From Candidatus Latescibacterota bacterium (GTDB lineage: Bacteria > Krumholzibacteriota > Krumholzibacteriia > WVZY01): a DNA stretch of 64,000 nt. The stretch covers positions 224,001-288,000 of the forward strand of contig CAWBQK010000006.1 of assembly GCA_963791045.1 (NCBI GenBank), read 5' to 3'. The translations under genes were made by a program, and so were the position numbers. Shown here one piece after another: positions 39,304-49,903 of the stretch. Numbering within the stretch: the first letter of the stretch is position 1; each line of letters begins with the position of its first letter. The notes below the pieces were generated by a model. The model was given only the letters and a program-made list of their open reading frames with translations. It did no database searches and had not been told where the DNA came from.

Positions 39304-41718
39304 CTATCGCAGCGGTGAATATTCGATGTTAATTTCATTCAAAAGTTCTTTAAAGCGGGGATTGTCCGCGATGGGCGCGAACGAACAATCCCGGTTCAGC
39401 GAAGACGTCTGATTCGCCTTCTGGTCGATCGCTCGTTCGAGCCATACGACCGCCGAATCGGCCTCACCGATCAACGCAAAAGAGCCGGCGATACCTATCG
39501 GTGACCCGTGCTTTTCGCTGTAGGCTTTTTTTAGCTGATCCAGCAGCAAGCGCTGGTACGCTTCGAAACCACCGGTTTCGAGCGCCTCGGCCAGCGCGCG
39601 AACATCATCTCTCTGCTCGGTGGTGGCCGCGACGAGTTCTCCATAACGGATGCCGCTTCTCGCTGCCTCTTCCAACTGTCCCGTACACAAGAGGGCAAAT
39701 TGCTTGGTGTAGTGCAGCGGCGGAAAGAGCGGCGACTCCGCGGCGACTTCGTCGAATTCGGCGAACCCGGCATCGATCTCGCCGTTGCGTACCAGGATCA
39801 AGCCTGCGACGACTCGGATGATGGGCGACAGCGGGTCGAGCTCCATCGCGATTCGGATTCGTGCGACGGCCTCGTCGAGGCGGCCAGTCGAAGACAGGAA
39901 CTCCGAGTACCACTGGTGCGCCGTCGCATAGTTCGGGCTGAGTTCGATCGCCCGCAAGAAATGCCGCTCCGCCGCATCCCAATCAAAATCGTATTCGTTG
40001 GCCACCGCGCCGAGCACCGCGTGAGCGGGCGCCAGTTTTTCGTCCAGTTCGATGGCCTTCTCGGCCATCTCCCGGGCTTTGGGATAATACCCCTCCACCC
40101 CGATATTTGTTCCCCACGTATTCAACACGGTGAACGTTTCGGCCAGCCCCGCGTAAGCCAGCGCGTAGCCGGGATCGATTTCGATGGCTTTCTCGAAAAG
40201 GTCGACCGCTTTGTACAGCGACTCCTCGGTACGTTTGTTCCAATTGAAACGCCCCTGCAAATAGAGCTCGTATGCCTCCCTGTCAACGACGGGGGAATCG
40301 GAGAGGCGCGTTTCATCATACTCTGTGAGTTCGACTTCGATCTGAGTGGCGACATCCATCGCGACACGGCGCTGAAGACCGAGCACATCAACCACTTCGC
40401 TCTGGTAGCTGTTGGCCCAAATATGCTCATCCGTCTTGCCATCGACCAGCTGGACCGTAATCCGAACCTGGTCGCCGGCCCACAAAACGGCCCCTTCGAT
40501 CACCTTCGCCACGCCGAGTTCATCGGCGATGGCCGTCATCGTCTTGTCCGAGTCTTTGTAGCGCATCACGGATGTTCGTGAAATCACCTTGAGCGCCTTT
40601 ATCTGCGCGAGCTGAGTGATGAGTTCCTCGGTCATGCCGTCGACAAAAAACTCGTTCCCCGGATCCTTTGAAAGATTTGTGAGGGGGAGCACCGCGATAG
40701 AGTTGTCGCGGGCCTCGGCAAGGGTTTTCGGCGTCGTCCGGTTCGTCGCCGGGTTGGGGCCGTTTTTTTGGGTCGTTTTTGGCCACAGCCAGACAATGAT
40801 TGCCGCGATAATGATGACAAGCGCAATTCCGACGCCGCGGCCGATTCTGTTGCGCCGTGGCTCGGTTACATCGATCGTGACGCTCGTCGGTGTCTCACTC
40901 GCGCCCTGGACCCCCAGGAAAACCTCGAGATCGGCCTGGAACGCGTCGACGTTCTGATAGCGGTCTTCGCGGTTCTTGGCGAGAGCCTTGTTTACGGCCC
41001 GTTCGAGTTTTTCGGGTACGTTCGGGTGTGCTTTAGATATGGGTTCGGGGTCTTCGTTGATGATCGAATAGATAACGGCCGCTTCGTGCTCGGCGACGAA
41101 AGGCGGACGGCCTGTGAGCATCTGATAGAGCACTACCCCGAGTGACCAGACATCGGAGCGTTGATCTGCTTTCTCCCCGCGAATCTGCTCGGGCGACATG
41201 TACGTCGCTGTTCCCACGGTCTTGCCCACTCTTGAAATCTTGGATTGGCTTCGAAGTTTGGCCAGCCCGAAATCAAGAAGCACCGGGCGGCCCTTTTCCG
41301 ACATCATGATGTTTGCCGGCTTGATGTCGCGATGGATGATGTCTTGCGAATGGGCTTCTTTGACGGCGCCGCAAAGCTCCATGGCTATGGCGGCGGCTCT
41401 GTTGGGTTCGAGCGGCTTGCCATCGAGGTGCTTTTCAAGATCGACGCCGGGGATGTACTCCATCGATATGAATGTCTGATCGTCCGCCGAATTAATCTCG
41501 TAAATCGTGCAGATATTGGGATGGTTTAGCGCGGCGGCCGTCTGCGCTTCATTGATAAACCGTTCCTTCTCGTCGTCCGACGCGAGAAGCTGCAGCGGGA
41601 GGAATTTGAGCGCGACGGTGCGCTTGAGCTTGGTGTCTTCGGCTTTGAAGACAATGCCCATTCCGCCTTCGCCGAGCTGCTCGACGATTTTGTAATGAGA
41701 TACGGTTCTTCCAATCAT
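39304..41718 (-). CDS. Hanks-type Ser/Thr kinase with TM, TolB-like and TPR domains
   Basis: LGEGGMG, VALK, HRDIKPANIM, DFGLA, YMSPEQ; TM helix; SIAVLPL.NLS; TPRs. Confidence 0.93.
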   Translation of the reverse strand: MIGRTVSHYKIVEQLGEGGMGIVFKAEDTKLKRTVALKFLPLQLLASDDEKERFINEAQTAAALNHPNICTIYEINSADDQTFISMEYIPGVDLEKHLDGKPLEPNRAAAIAMELCGAVKEAHSQDIIHRDIKPANIMMSEKGRPVLLDFGLAKLRSQSKISRVGKTVGTATYMSPEQIRGEKADQRSDVWSLGVVLYQMLTGRPPFVAEHEAAVIYSIINEDPEPISKAHPNVPEKLERAVNKALAKNREDRYQNVDAFQADLEVFLGVQGASETPTSVTIDVTEPRRNRIGRGVGIALVIIIAAIIVWLWPKTTQKNGPNPATNRTTPKTLAEARDNSIAVLPLTNLSKDPGNEFFVDGMTEELITQLAQIKALKVISRTSVMRYKDSDKTMTAIADELGVAKVIEGAVLWAGDQVRITVQLVDGKTDEHIWANSYQSEVVDVLGLQRRVAMDVATQIEVELTEYDETRLSDSPVVDREAYELYLQGRFNWNKRTEESLYKAVDLFEKAIEIDPGYALAYAGLAETFTVLNTWGTNIGVEGYYPKAREMAEKAIELDEKLAPAHAVLGAVANEYDFDWDAAERHFLRAIELSPNYATAHQWYSEFLSSTGRLDEAVARIRIAMELDPLSPIIRVVAGLILVRNGEIDAGFAEFDEVAAESPLFPPLHYTKQFALLCTGQLEEAARSGIRYGELVAATTEQRDDVRALAEALETGGFEAYQRLLLDQLKKAYSEKHGSPIGIAGSFALIGEADSAVVWLERAIDQKANQTSSLNRDCSFAPIADNPRFKELLNEINIEYSPLR

Positions 41719-41779
41719 TGTATCAAGATAGGCTGTGGGGCAATGGTTTGACAATACAAGAATTACGAAGCGCGGCGGG

Positions 41780-42772
41780 CTAGAGTTTCGACAGGTCAGG
41801 GCTTTTTTCCTGGAGGAGTTTCAACCAGGCCTGGAGCCCTTCCTTTTCGGCGTAACGCTTAACGCGGCGAAAGCCCTCCCCGTAGATCGGGTCGGGGTCC
41901 TTGAGCATGTTGTCGATAACGAAGTCCGCATTTTCGCCGCCCAGTGTGCGAAGAACGAGATACGCGGCGAAATTGCAGCTGCCCTCCGAAACCGCAGGGT
42001 CCTGGTCGAGCCGGCCGTTCTGGAACTGCCAGACGTGGGCGAGCTCGTGGGCGGCGGTGCTCGTCATCTGAGTCCGCGGCATTCCGTTTAGCAGATACAC
42101 TTTGATCGATTCGCTTTTCACCTGTCCGAAAATGTTCTTTTTGACCAGATAGTCGCTGAATCCCTTGGTGTCGTGCGAACTCGACGAGGCGACACGTTTG
42201 AGTTCATCTGTGCCCACGAGTAGGATTTCGACCTGCGAGATATCGACCTCCATCCCGTTCGAAGCGAGGACTTCCGCGACTTTGGCGAGGATGAGACGAA
42301 CCTTTCCGGTCGAGGTAATCGAAGATGGTGCGCATTTACCACACAAACGGCGGTCGTCGGGAAGTCTGACCATCCCATCGAGAAGCTCTCCGTATATGAA
42401 TCTCTGGCAGAAATCACACTGAGACACGACCCCCTTGTGCGACTTGTGGTACGCATCGCCCCAGTAATCGATGAGATAATCGCCCTGGATGATCCCGCCG
42501 CACACAACGCATCTGAGCGCCACATGGTCCTCAAAACACTGCTTGTGATAATTCTCGTTTTTGTAAACGAGGAAAGCATCCTTTATCGGTTCACCGCAGT
42601 GCGCGCAGGTGAAGCAATTCGGATGATAGAAGTGACTGCCCGTCTCGAAATATGAACCGGAAATTTCTCCGCCGCATTCGTGGCAGATTTTCTGGTCGTT
42701 CGCGCTCGTACCGTGCGAACCGAGCGCCAACAATGACAAGCACGCGAGCGAAATCAGTATGATGTGTTTCAT
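41780..42772 (-). CDS. Exported LIM-domain DA1-like zinc metallopeptidase
   Basis: Signal peptide, LIM-type CxxC/HxxC arrays, HELAH, SEGSCN and DPIYGEGFR. Confidence 0.8.
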   Translation of the reverse strand: MKHIILISLACLSLLALGSHGTSANDQKICHECGGEISGSYFETGSHFYHPNCFTCAHCGEPIKDAFLVYKNENYHKQCFEDHVALRCVVCGGIIQGDYLIDYWGDAYHKSHKGVVSQCDFCQRFIYGELLDGMVRLPDDRRLCGKCAPSSITSTGKVRLILAKVAEVLASNGMEVDISQVEILLVGTDELKRVASSSSHDTKGFSDYLVKKNIFGQVKSESIKVYLLNGMPRTQMTSTAAHELAHVWQFQNGRLDQDPAVSEGSCNFAAYLVLRTLGGENADFVIDNMLKDPDPIYGEGFRRVKRYAEKEGLQAWLKLLQEKSPDLSKL

Positions 42773-43157
42773 GTCGTCATTTTCGTGGTGAATGATCTGG
42801 TGATGTCGAATCCGACTCAAACATAATATCCGAGCAAAAACCAGTCCACTGTGGTGATTTCAAACCGTTTGGAGGTCCGCCGTCGTCGCGACCATGGGGA
42901 GCCCTCTTGAAAGTATGGGAAATCTCGGCATAACTGCCGAATTTCACCCATTTTAGCCCGGTTTGGAAACCCGGACGGCCGGCAATCGTACATAGTGGAG
43001 ACCGCCACGAGGCCGCGTCAGGGGGCATACGCTAATCGGATCCGCATCACCTTGTTTGACGCGCGTGCGAATTCCCTGATAGACTTGCCTCGAACACAGC
43101 TGCGCCAAACCGCCAAACACACATTGAATATTTTTCACAGGAACGAGTAGAGAAGAC

Positions 43158-46136
43158 ATGATCGGCAAAAAAGTCCTCCACTACAAAATCACCGAAAAGC
43201 TCGGTCAGGGCGGCATGGGCGCCGTCTATATGGCCGAGGACACCAAATTGAAGCGTACGGTGGCGCTCAAGTTCCTGCCGCCCCAGGCTCTCGCCGACGA
43301 GACCGACAAGGCGCGGTTTGTTCACGAAGCTCAGGCCGCCGCCGCGCTCCACCATCCGAATATTTGCACCGTTTTCGAAATCAACGAAGCCGACGAGCAG
43401 GTCTTCATCTCCATGGCGTATCTCCCGGGCGACAGCCTCAAAGAGAAGATTGAGGCGGGCCCCATCAAGGACGTGGATGTTCTCAAGATTGCCACGCAAA
43501 TTGCCCGTGGTCTCGGAGCCGCCCATGTTAAACAGATCGTTCATCGGGATATCAAACCCACCAATATTATGTTCTCCGAGAGCGGCGCCGCGACCGTGCT
43601 GGACTTTGGCCTGGCCAAATCCAAACACCAGACCCATGTCACTAAAATGGGCACCACGATGGGGACGATCGCCTATATGTCGCCCGAACAATCGCGCGGC
43701 GTGGACGTCGACCATCGGACGGACATCTGGTCGCTTGGCGTAATGATGTACGAGATGGTTACGGGACAAAGACCATTTATTGGTGACTACGACGAGGCTG
43801 TGATCTATTCGATTTTGAACGAGCCGGCCAAACCTATTGAGGAGCTGGGGAAGGACGTCAATCCGGATCTCATCTACATCATCAATAAAGCGATGGCGAA
43901 GAGCCCCGACGACAGGTATCAATCCGCGGAAGAGATGCTCGCCGACATGAACCCGTTGCTCGATGCATTAAGAACAGGTTCGAGCAGTTCGTTTTCCACG
44001 CGGTCACGCATCGGTATCACCGGGACGCACGCGGCGGCGAGCGGACTGTTCCGTCCGAAGGTGTTGTTTCCCGTGGCGGCAGTGGTCCTTGTGGTCGCCG
44101 TTGCGTTGATTCTAATGGTGACCGGCGACAAGGGTGGAGTGACCGAGACAGTTGCCGTTGTTGACGAGGAAGGTCAGACGATTGAACGCGTCGTTCCGAA
44201 GAGCGAGTTTCGAAAGAATTTCGCCTTGTATCCGTTCGAAAACAAGACAGGCGACGCAGCCAACGACTGGGTGGAGGCGGCGAGTGTTGTTCTGCTGGAG
44301 ATAGACCTGCTTCAGGATCAGATCCTGAACGTCCGAAGTGCAAACGATCAGTTCGCCATGCGAAAACTTCAGAGGGCGGGATTTAGAAAATGGTCGGAGG
44401 CCCCCTGGAATCTCAAACGCAGGATCGCCAAGGAATCTCAGTATGATTTCATCGTGACGGGGACGTTTACAATTGAAAACGGCGATTATGTCTTCAGCCG
44501 CTCGCTTCACAACACGGCCACAGGCAGGATGGTCACCCAGAAGGAGTACCGCGGCAAGGACGTGTTCGCGATCATCGATGACATATCGGTTGATCTGAAA
44601 ACCGACCTGGAGGTGCCGGAAGCATATCTCGAAAACCTCAAGGATCTTCCCGTCGCGGAGATGATGACGACATCCGACGAAGCCCTCAAGGATTTTGGGA
44701 TTGGAGTCCAGGCGTTGACGGTTGATCAGGATTGGACGACAGCCGTTGAATCCCTTCTGAAGGCTGTCGAAGTGGATTCGACCTTCGCGTTTGCCCATTG
44801 GCAGCTCCTGATCATGGGGCTCAACACCAACCAGAGCCAGATTATGGCAACGTCGTCCCAGAAGGTTATACAGTATGTTTACAAGCTGCCCGAGCGAGTT
44901 CAATTTATCGTCAAATCGGTGTATTACCAGCTCAAAAAAGATACGAACAAGCAGGTGGCCGTTCTCAAGATGATGAACGAGCTTTACCCCGAAGACACTA
45001 TCGGTTTGAGCATGCTCGCCCAGCAGTACGCCACGGAAAAAAGAACCGACGAAGCCATCGCCGTGTACGAGAGAATCCTCGAAATCGATCCGAGCCGGTC
45101 CGAGACACTGCGGACGATCGGACAGTTGTACCGGAACGAGGGTGAATTCGACAGAGCGCTCGAGTATTTCAATCAGTACGCGAGCCTTTATCCAAACCAG
45201 GTCAATTCGTTTACGCCGATTGCAGTCATATACAGAGACATGGGTGAGTATGACAAGTCGACGGAATATTACGACAAAGCGCTTCTCATCGAGCCCGGTA
45301 ACGTCTCGGTAATCTGCCAGCTTGGACAGATCGACGCCCGCCTCGGCAATTACGAGCAGGCTCTCACAAAGTATAACGAGGCGTTGGGCCTGGCCAAGGC
45401 GCCCAGGGACCGGCTGGAAATCTATTCCTCCCTTGCTACGTTCTATCGCGATCGTGGCGAGATGCAAAAGTCTTTTGAGTACATGATACTCGAGTGGGCG
45501 GAAGAGGGAGTTGTCACGTCACCGGTTCAATCGCTTCTCTCGGAGCTCATGGAAGCCCACTATTATGTCAAGGCTGGGGAGCGCGACAAGGCTTTTGAGA
45601 TTGTCGAATCGGTCGGCGCAAAGATCCAAGCGCCGTATGATGAAGCGGTTCCCCTGGGTTACGTGTATCTCTATCTCGAGGTCGAGGAGCCGGACAGCGC
45701 CGAGGTGGCGGCCGAGCGGTTGATGGCGTTTATCGAGGGATACAAGCTCGAAACTCTCCGCGGCCGCGTGTTCGATATACAGGGCCGAGTCGCTGAGCTT
45801 CGGGGTCGGTACGAGGAGGCGATCGGTCACTTCGAGAAAAGACTCGAGCATTCACCGCGGGCCGTCGATGCTTACTGGCGAATTGGACGGTGTTATCACA
45901 AACTCGGTGATCTCGATAGCGCCGAATTGAACCTGCAAAAAAATCTCAAGATATTTCCGGTGGATCCGGAATGCCTCTTTGATCTCGCCCTCGTTCAGGC
46001 GGACAAAGGCGAGCGCGAGAACGCGCGTGCAACTCTCGACAAAGTCCTCGAAATCTGGGCAAACGCCGACCCCGAGTTCGAGCCTGCCAGAAAAGCCCGC
46101 GAAAAGCTTGTCGAATGGCAGAGCTGGGAATCCTGA
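43158..46136 (+). CDS. Hanks-type Ser/Thr kinase with TM and TPR domains
   Basis: LGQGGMG, HRDIKPTNIM, DFGLA and YMSPEQ; TM helix; many TPRs. Confidence 0.93.
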   Translation: MIGKKVLHYKITEKLGQGGMGAVYMAEDTKLKRTVALKFLPPQALADETDKARFVHEAQAAAALHHPNICTVFEINEADEQVFISMAYLPGDSLKEKIEAGPIKDVDVLKIATQIARGLGAAHVKQIVHRDIKPTNIMFSESGAATVLDFGLAKSKHQTHVTKMGTTMGTIAYMSPEQSRGVDVDHRTDIWSLGVMMYEMVTGQRPFIGDYDEAVIYSILNEPAKPIEELGKDVNPDLIYIINKAMAKSPDDRYQSAEEMLADMNPLLDALRTGSSSSFSTRSRIGITGTHAAASGLFRPKVLFPVAAVVLVVAVALILMVTGDKGGVTETVAVVDEEGQTIERVVPKSEFRKNFALYPFENKTGDAANDWVEAASVVLLEIDLLQDQILNVRSANDQFAMRKLQRAGFRKWSEAPWNLKRRIAKESQYDFIVTGTFTIENGDYVFSRSLHNTATGRMVTQKEYRGKDVFAIIDDISVDLKTDLEVPEAYLENLKDLPVAEMMTTSDEALKDFGIGVQALTVDQDWTTAVESLLKAVEVDSTFAFAHWQLLIMGLNTNQSQIMATSSQKVIQYVYKLPERVQFIVKSVYYQLKKDTNKQVAVLKMMNELYPEDTIGLSMLAQQYATEKRTDEAIAVYERILEIDPSRSETLRTIGQLYRNEGEFDRALEYFNQYASLYPNQVNSFTPIAVIYRDMGEYDKSTEYYDKALLIEPGNVSVICQLGQIDARLGNYEQALTKYNEALGLAKAPRDRLEIYSSLATFYRDRGEMQKSFEYMILEWAEEGVVTSPVQSLLSELMEAHYYVKAGERDKAFEIVESVGAKIQAPYDEAVPLGYVYLYLEVEEPDSAEVAAERLMAFIEGYKLETLRGRVFDIQGRVAELRGRYEEAIGHFEKRLEHSPRAVDAYWRIGRCYHKLGDLDSAELNLQKNLKIFPVDPECLFDLALVQADKGERENARATLDKVLEIWANADPEFEPARKAREKLVEWQSWES

Positions 46137-46303
46137 TTGGGATTGCGAGCGCGGATCTCATTTTGCTTCTCGGGCTTGAAAAGCGTTCTTGCCACGTATC
46201 AAGGTTGATTACGCGTGATTAAACGCGTATCATGACAAGACCAACACGACTGCTCCATTTGATTCATAATCGCAACATCAACGAGATACCCCAGGAGGCC
46301 AAT

Positions 46304-47203
46304 ATGAAGATCGCCGTCAACACTCCGACAGGAAACATCGGCCGCGTTGTAACGGACCAGCTCCTCGACGCCGGTGTGAATGTGGTTTTACTTGCCCGAA
46401 ATCCGGACAAGGTAAAGCAGTTTGTCGAACGCGGCGCGACGGTTTTTGAGGGCAATCTCGATGACGCCGATTTCGTGGTTAGTGCCACAAAGGATGTTGA
46501 CGCACTTTTCTGGCTAACGCCGGCCGATATTGCGGCCGAGGATTTTCGCGGTTATCAGAGAAAACTCGGAAAGGTCGTCGCGCAAGCGATAACCGAGAAC
46601 AAGATCCCGCGCGTTGTCAACCTGTCGAGTATCGGAGCGCACGTGCCTACCGGGACCGGTCCGATCGCGGGTCTCTACGATGTCGAGAAGAAAATCGACA
46701 AAACGGGCGTGAGTGTTACACATCTCCGGGCCGGTTTCTTTATGGAAAACTTTTTTATGTCGGTCGAGTCAATGGCCGGACAGGGTGCGATATTTCTCCC
46801 CATCCAGGGAAGCGCGAGAATGCCGATGATTGCAACGGCGGACATCGGCCGGTCGGCGGCGGACAGGCTGCTCGACAGCAGTTGGGTGGGGCGTTCGGTG
46901 ATCGAGCTCATTGGCCCCGACAATCTGTCGTTCGACGGAGCGGCGAAGATTCTCGGCAACGCAATCGGAAAAGACATCCGATTCATGCCGACTTCGCACG
47001 ATCAGACGCGAGAGGCCTTTGTCGGAATGGGAGTTTCTCCTTCGGTTGCCGATGGGTTCCTCGAAATGTACGGCGCGTTTGATGCCGGTACGATTAGTCC
47101 GGAATCTCCGAAAAAAGCGCGGACGGCAACGACGACGCTCGACACTTTTGCAAAGAATGTTTTTCGGCCGGGTTTTGAAGCCATGACCGGATCTAAAGAA
47201 TAG
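46304..47203 (+). CDS. NmrA-family NAD(P)H-binding protein
   Basis: RBS AGGAGG; TPTGNIG Rossmann motif, LSSIGA, LRAGFFMEN and IATADIG. Confidence 0.88.
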   Translation: MKIAVNTPTGNIGRVVTDQLLDAGVNVVLLARNPDKVKQFVERGATVFEGNLDDADFVVSATKDVDALFWLTPADIAAEDFRGYQRKLGKVVAQAITENKIPRVVNLSSIGAHVPTGTGPIAGLYDVEKKIDKTGVSVTHLRAGFFMENFFMSVESMAGQGAIFLPIQGSARMPMIATADIGRSAADRLLDSSWVGRSVIELIGPDNLSFDGAAKILGNAIGKDIRFMPTSHDQTREAFVGMGVSPSVADGFLEMYGAFDAGTISPESPKKARTATTTLDTFAKNVFRPGFEAMTGSKE

Positions 47204-47375
47204 AACGTTTTGGCCGCCCCTGATCGGCGGGAAAACGTGCGGTTCCGCTTCGGCAGAGCCGCACGTTTTTTATTTCTCCGACACAAAACCCAAGATCCAC
47301 AAGAATGTCTTGCAAGAAATCCGCGGGCGCGTATCCAAGTGTAGGGGAGTTGGCCAGCAATAACGAGGTTTTGGA

Positions 47376-47941
47376 TTGCAAGAAGACGCCGGCACACAGT
47401 CGTTCGACGATATCTATGCGGCCTATGCGGAGAGGGTCTTGAACCTTGCGTACCGGTTTACGGCGAACGACGAAAGCGCCCGGGATCTGACACAAGAAAT
47501 CTTTATAAAGGTTTACCAGAAACTCGATTCGTTCGAAGAACGTTCTCAAATCTACACGTGGATCTACCGTATCGCCGTCAACCACATCACGAATTACCTC
47601 AAGAAAGAACGCACGGCGCCGCTGGGTCAATCTTCTCGACCGCACGGTATCCGATGTGGTCCACGATGAAGGGGTTGATCCATCGTACACCGACCGGGTG
47701 ACGGCCCCCCGCGCCGATCAAAAAATAGAGGATAGCGAGCGCGCGCGGATTGTGTGGGCGGCCGTTCGGTCACTTTCAATCAAATACCGTGTGCCGCTGG
47801 TGCTTTTTCATTATGAGGGACTTTCCTACAATGAAATCGCGGAGAGCATGGGGCTGAGTCTGAGCGCGGTCGAAACCCGGATCCACCGGGCGAAAAAACA
47901 ATTGATCAAGAAACTCGAACCGTGGGCTGGAGAAAATCTAG
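47376..47941 (+). CDS. ECF RNA polymerase sigma factor (frameshifted near 47620-47640 and 47925)
   Basis: Region 2 DLTQEIFIK and TWIYRIAVN; region 4 EGLSYNEIA...VETRIHRAK. End inferred. Confidence 0.85.
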
Positions 47942-48095
47942 GCGGGGTGTCATGGCTTATACAAAATATTATGCAAGAAAGCATCCCGCCGCGCTGTCCA
48001 AAATTACAGAAGAGCAAAGGAAGACGTTCCCGCCCTCTTCGGAGACTTCGAGCAAACAGACTGATAGAACATAACTTACAACCTTGGAGGACATT

Positions 48096-48824
48096 ATGAA
48101 ATACGCCATTCTCGTTGGAATCATCGGAATACTCGTGGCGGGGTTTGCCGTCCCGGCAGCTTTGTCGGCGGATAACGACACGGCCTCGGGCGCGGCAGCG
48201 GTCAGTCCGCAGGAAACACCGCCGCCTCAGGCACCGCAAGGCGTCAGCGGCGCCACGCCGGACATCCGCCCGCCGGCTGCGGATGGCTGGGTGTGTCCGA
48301 AGTGTGGAGCGGAAGGCCCTTACCAGAAACGTTACAAAAAACGGACGGGTAGGCCTCAGTTTAACGCTCAGGATCAGGGTCGCCGAGGACAGCGGAGCGA
48401 CCGCGGGGACCGTTATTGCGGACCTCGGAAGGGTCGTAGTCGGGGTCAGGGTCAGGGTCGCGGTGCGGGCCATGGGGTCCAGAGAGGTGTCGCAGCGGAC
48501 CGGATGCTCCGCCATGCGAACACACTCCAGTTGACCGATGACCAGATCGCAAGTCTCGAAATGCTTTCGTATGAAGCCAAGAAAAAAATGATCGACCTTC
48601 GCTCGAGCATCGAGAAGGAACAGCTCGAACTCAAGAACCGGATCCGGTCCGACGCCGAAGACATGACGCAGATCAAGAGGCATCTGAGCGCGATATCGAG
48701 TGCGAAGGTCGGGATCCAGGAAGTCAAGATTTCAAACATGTTCGCCGCGAGAAAGATTCTCACCGACGAACAGAAAGAAATCGTCAAAGAAAAACATCCC
48801 AGGATGGGTATGAACCTCGACTAG
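48096..48824 (+). CDS. Spy/CpxP-family periplasmic protein with an Arg/Gly-rich extension
   Basis: Signal peptide, LQLTDDQ and ILTDEQ (LTxxQ motifs). Confidence 0.8.
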   Translation: MKYAILVGIIGILVAGFAVPAALSADNDTASGAAAVSPQETPPPQAPQGVSGATPDIRPPAADGWVCPKCGAEGPYQKRYKKRTGRPQFNAQDQGRRGQRSDRGDRYCGPRKGRSRGQGQGRGAGHGVQRGVAADRMLRHANTLQLTDDQIASLEMLSYEAKKKMIDLRSSIEKEQLELKNRIRSDAEDMTQIKRHLSAISSAKVGIQEVKISNMFAARKILTDEQKEIVKEKHPRMGMNLD

Positions 48825-48835
48825 CGAATAGACTG

Positions 48836-49291
48836 ATGAAAACCAATCACGTCATAGAATCATATCAGTCCTGGGATGACGATCGTGTCACAGCGGAGGA
48901 GCGGCGGACGATTCAGCAGCATCTCGAAGAATGTCCCAAGTGCCGGCGTTACTACGAGAACATGTCAAGCTTGCTGGAGCAACCGGATCCGTCGCTTCTC
49001 CCGCGTCTCGAACCGGATCCTTTTCTTCCCACCAGGATTCGAGCGGAGGCCGAGGCGAAGAGCCGGCGCCCCGCGCTGCGAAGAGCGTCGAGTTGGGCCC
49101 GGTTGTCGGCTGCGGGAGTGATGGTGGTCGTAGCAGCCACGTTTGGAGTCTACCTTGGCAATGGGTTGTCGACAGCCACCCAATCCGACGACAATACCGA
49201 GATGATCAATGCTTACTACGAGGCGTTTTCGCCGACGAGCATCGTGGATGACTGGGCGAGTCTTCTGGAAAACGGCGAGGACGAGGGATGA
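48836..49291 (+). CDS. Zinc-binding anti-sigma factor (zf-HC2/ZAS) with TM helix
   Basis: HLEECPKC (HxxxCxxC) followed by one TM helix. Confidence 0.85.
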   Translation: MKTNHVIESYQSWDDDRVTAEERRTIQQHLEECPKCRRYYENMSSLLEQPDPSLLPRLEPDPFLPTRIRAEAEAKSRRPALRRASSWARLSAAGVMVVVAATFGVYLGNGLSTATQSDDNTEMINAYYEAFSPTSIVDDWASLLENGEDEG

Positions 49292-49328
49292 TCCCGCGTC
49301 GCGCTGAGAACCTGCAAAGGGAAATCAC

Positions 49329-49865
49329 ATGAAGATCAAGTTTCTTGTCGGTGCCCTCGTTTTGCTCATCATCGTCAATATCGCGGTGATCGGGACGTTT
49401 GTCATGATGCGCGCACGCAGACTTCCGATGCCCGAAAGAACGGGAATAAGGGCCGTGGCGCCCGACGGAGAATTGCGATCGCGGAGGTCTCGAATCCCAA
49501 GAGAACACAGGGAAGAACTGATGGTTCAGCTCCACGACCTGCAAGAGGAAACGGAACCGTACAGGGAGCGGATCGCGACTCTCGAGGGTCAGGTGTTCGA
49601 AGCCCTCCAGGCGGAGCCGGTATCCGAGGCGGTTGTCGATTCGCTGCTCGGTGAGATTTCACATGTGAAATTCGAGATGAGCAAGGTGGCGACCAGAAAA
49701 CTCATCGAAGCAAAGGAATTCCTGCCTCCCGAGCAGCAGGAGAGGTTTTTCCGCGCGATGATGAGTGCTCGCAAGGGACGCGAGGGAATGATGGGATCTC
49801 GCGGAGACGGCCGGTCCGGCGGGAGACGCGGACGACGGATGAACCCCGACTCGCTGTCTCGTTAG
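49329..49865 (+). CDS. Spy/CpxP/heavy-metal-sensor-like periplasmic protein
   Basis: N-terminal anchor LLIIVNIAVIG, coiled helical body and LPPEQQ motif. Confidence 0.75.
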   Translation: MKIKFLVGALVLLIIVNIAVIGTFVMMRARRLPMPERTGIRAVAPDGELRSRRSRIPREHREELMVQLHDLQEETEPYRERIATLEGQVFEALQAEPVSEAVVDSLLGEISHVKFEMSKVATRKLIEAKEFLPPEQQERFFRAMMSARKGREGMMGSRGDGRSGGRRGRRMNPDSLSR

Positions 49866-49903
49866 TCGCATACACAATCCGGTAATTCATAAAGGAATCA
49901 GTA

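Noticed and set aside
43047-45467. Long minus-strand ORFs (43047-43922 and 44112-45467), similar to 18799-19878, 39700-40581 and 62397-63326
   Set aside because: They are antisense to well-supported genes and show no recognisable protein features.
48440-48470. Short GGTCAG tandem repeat
   Set aside because: It simply encodes a GQGQG low-complexity linker; too short to suggest phase variation.
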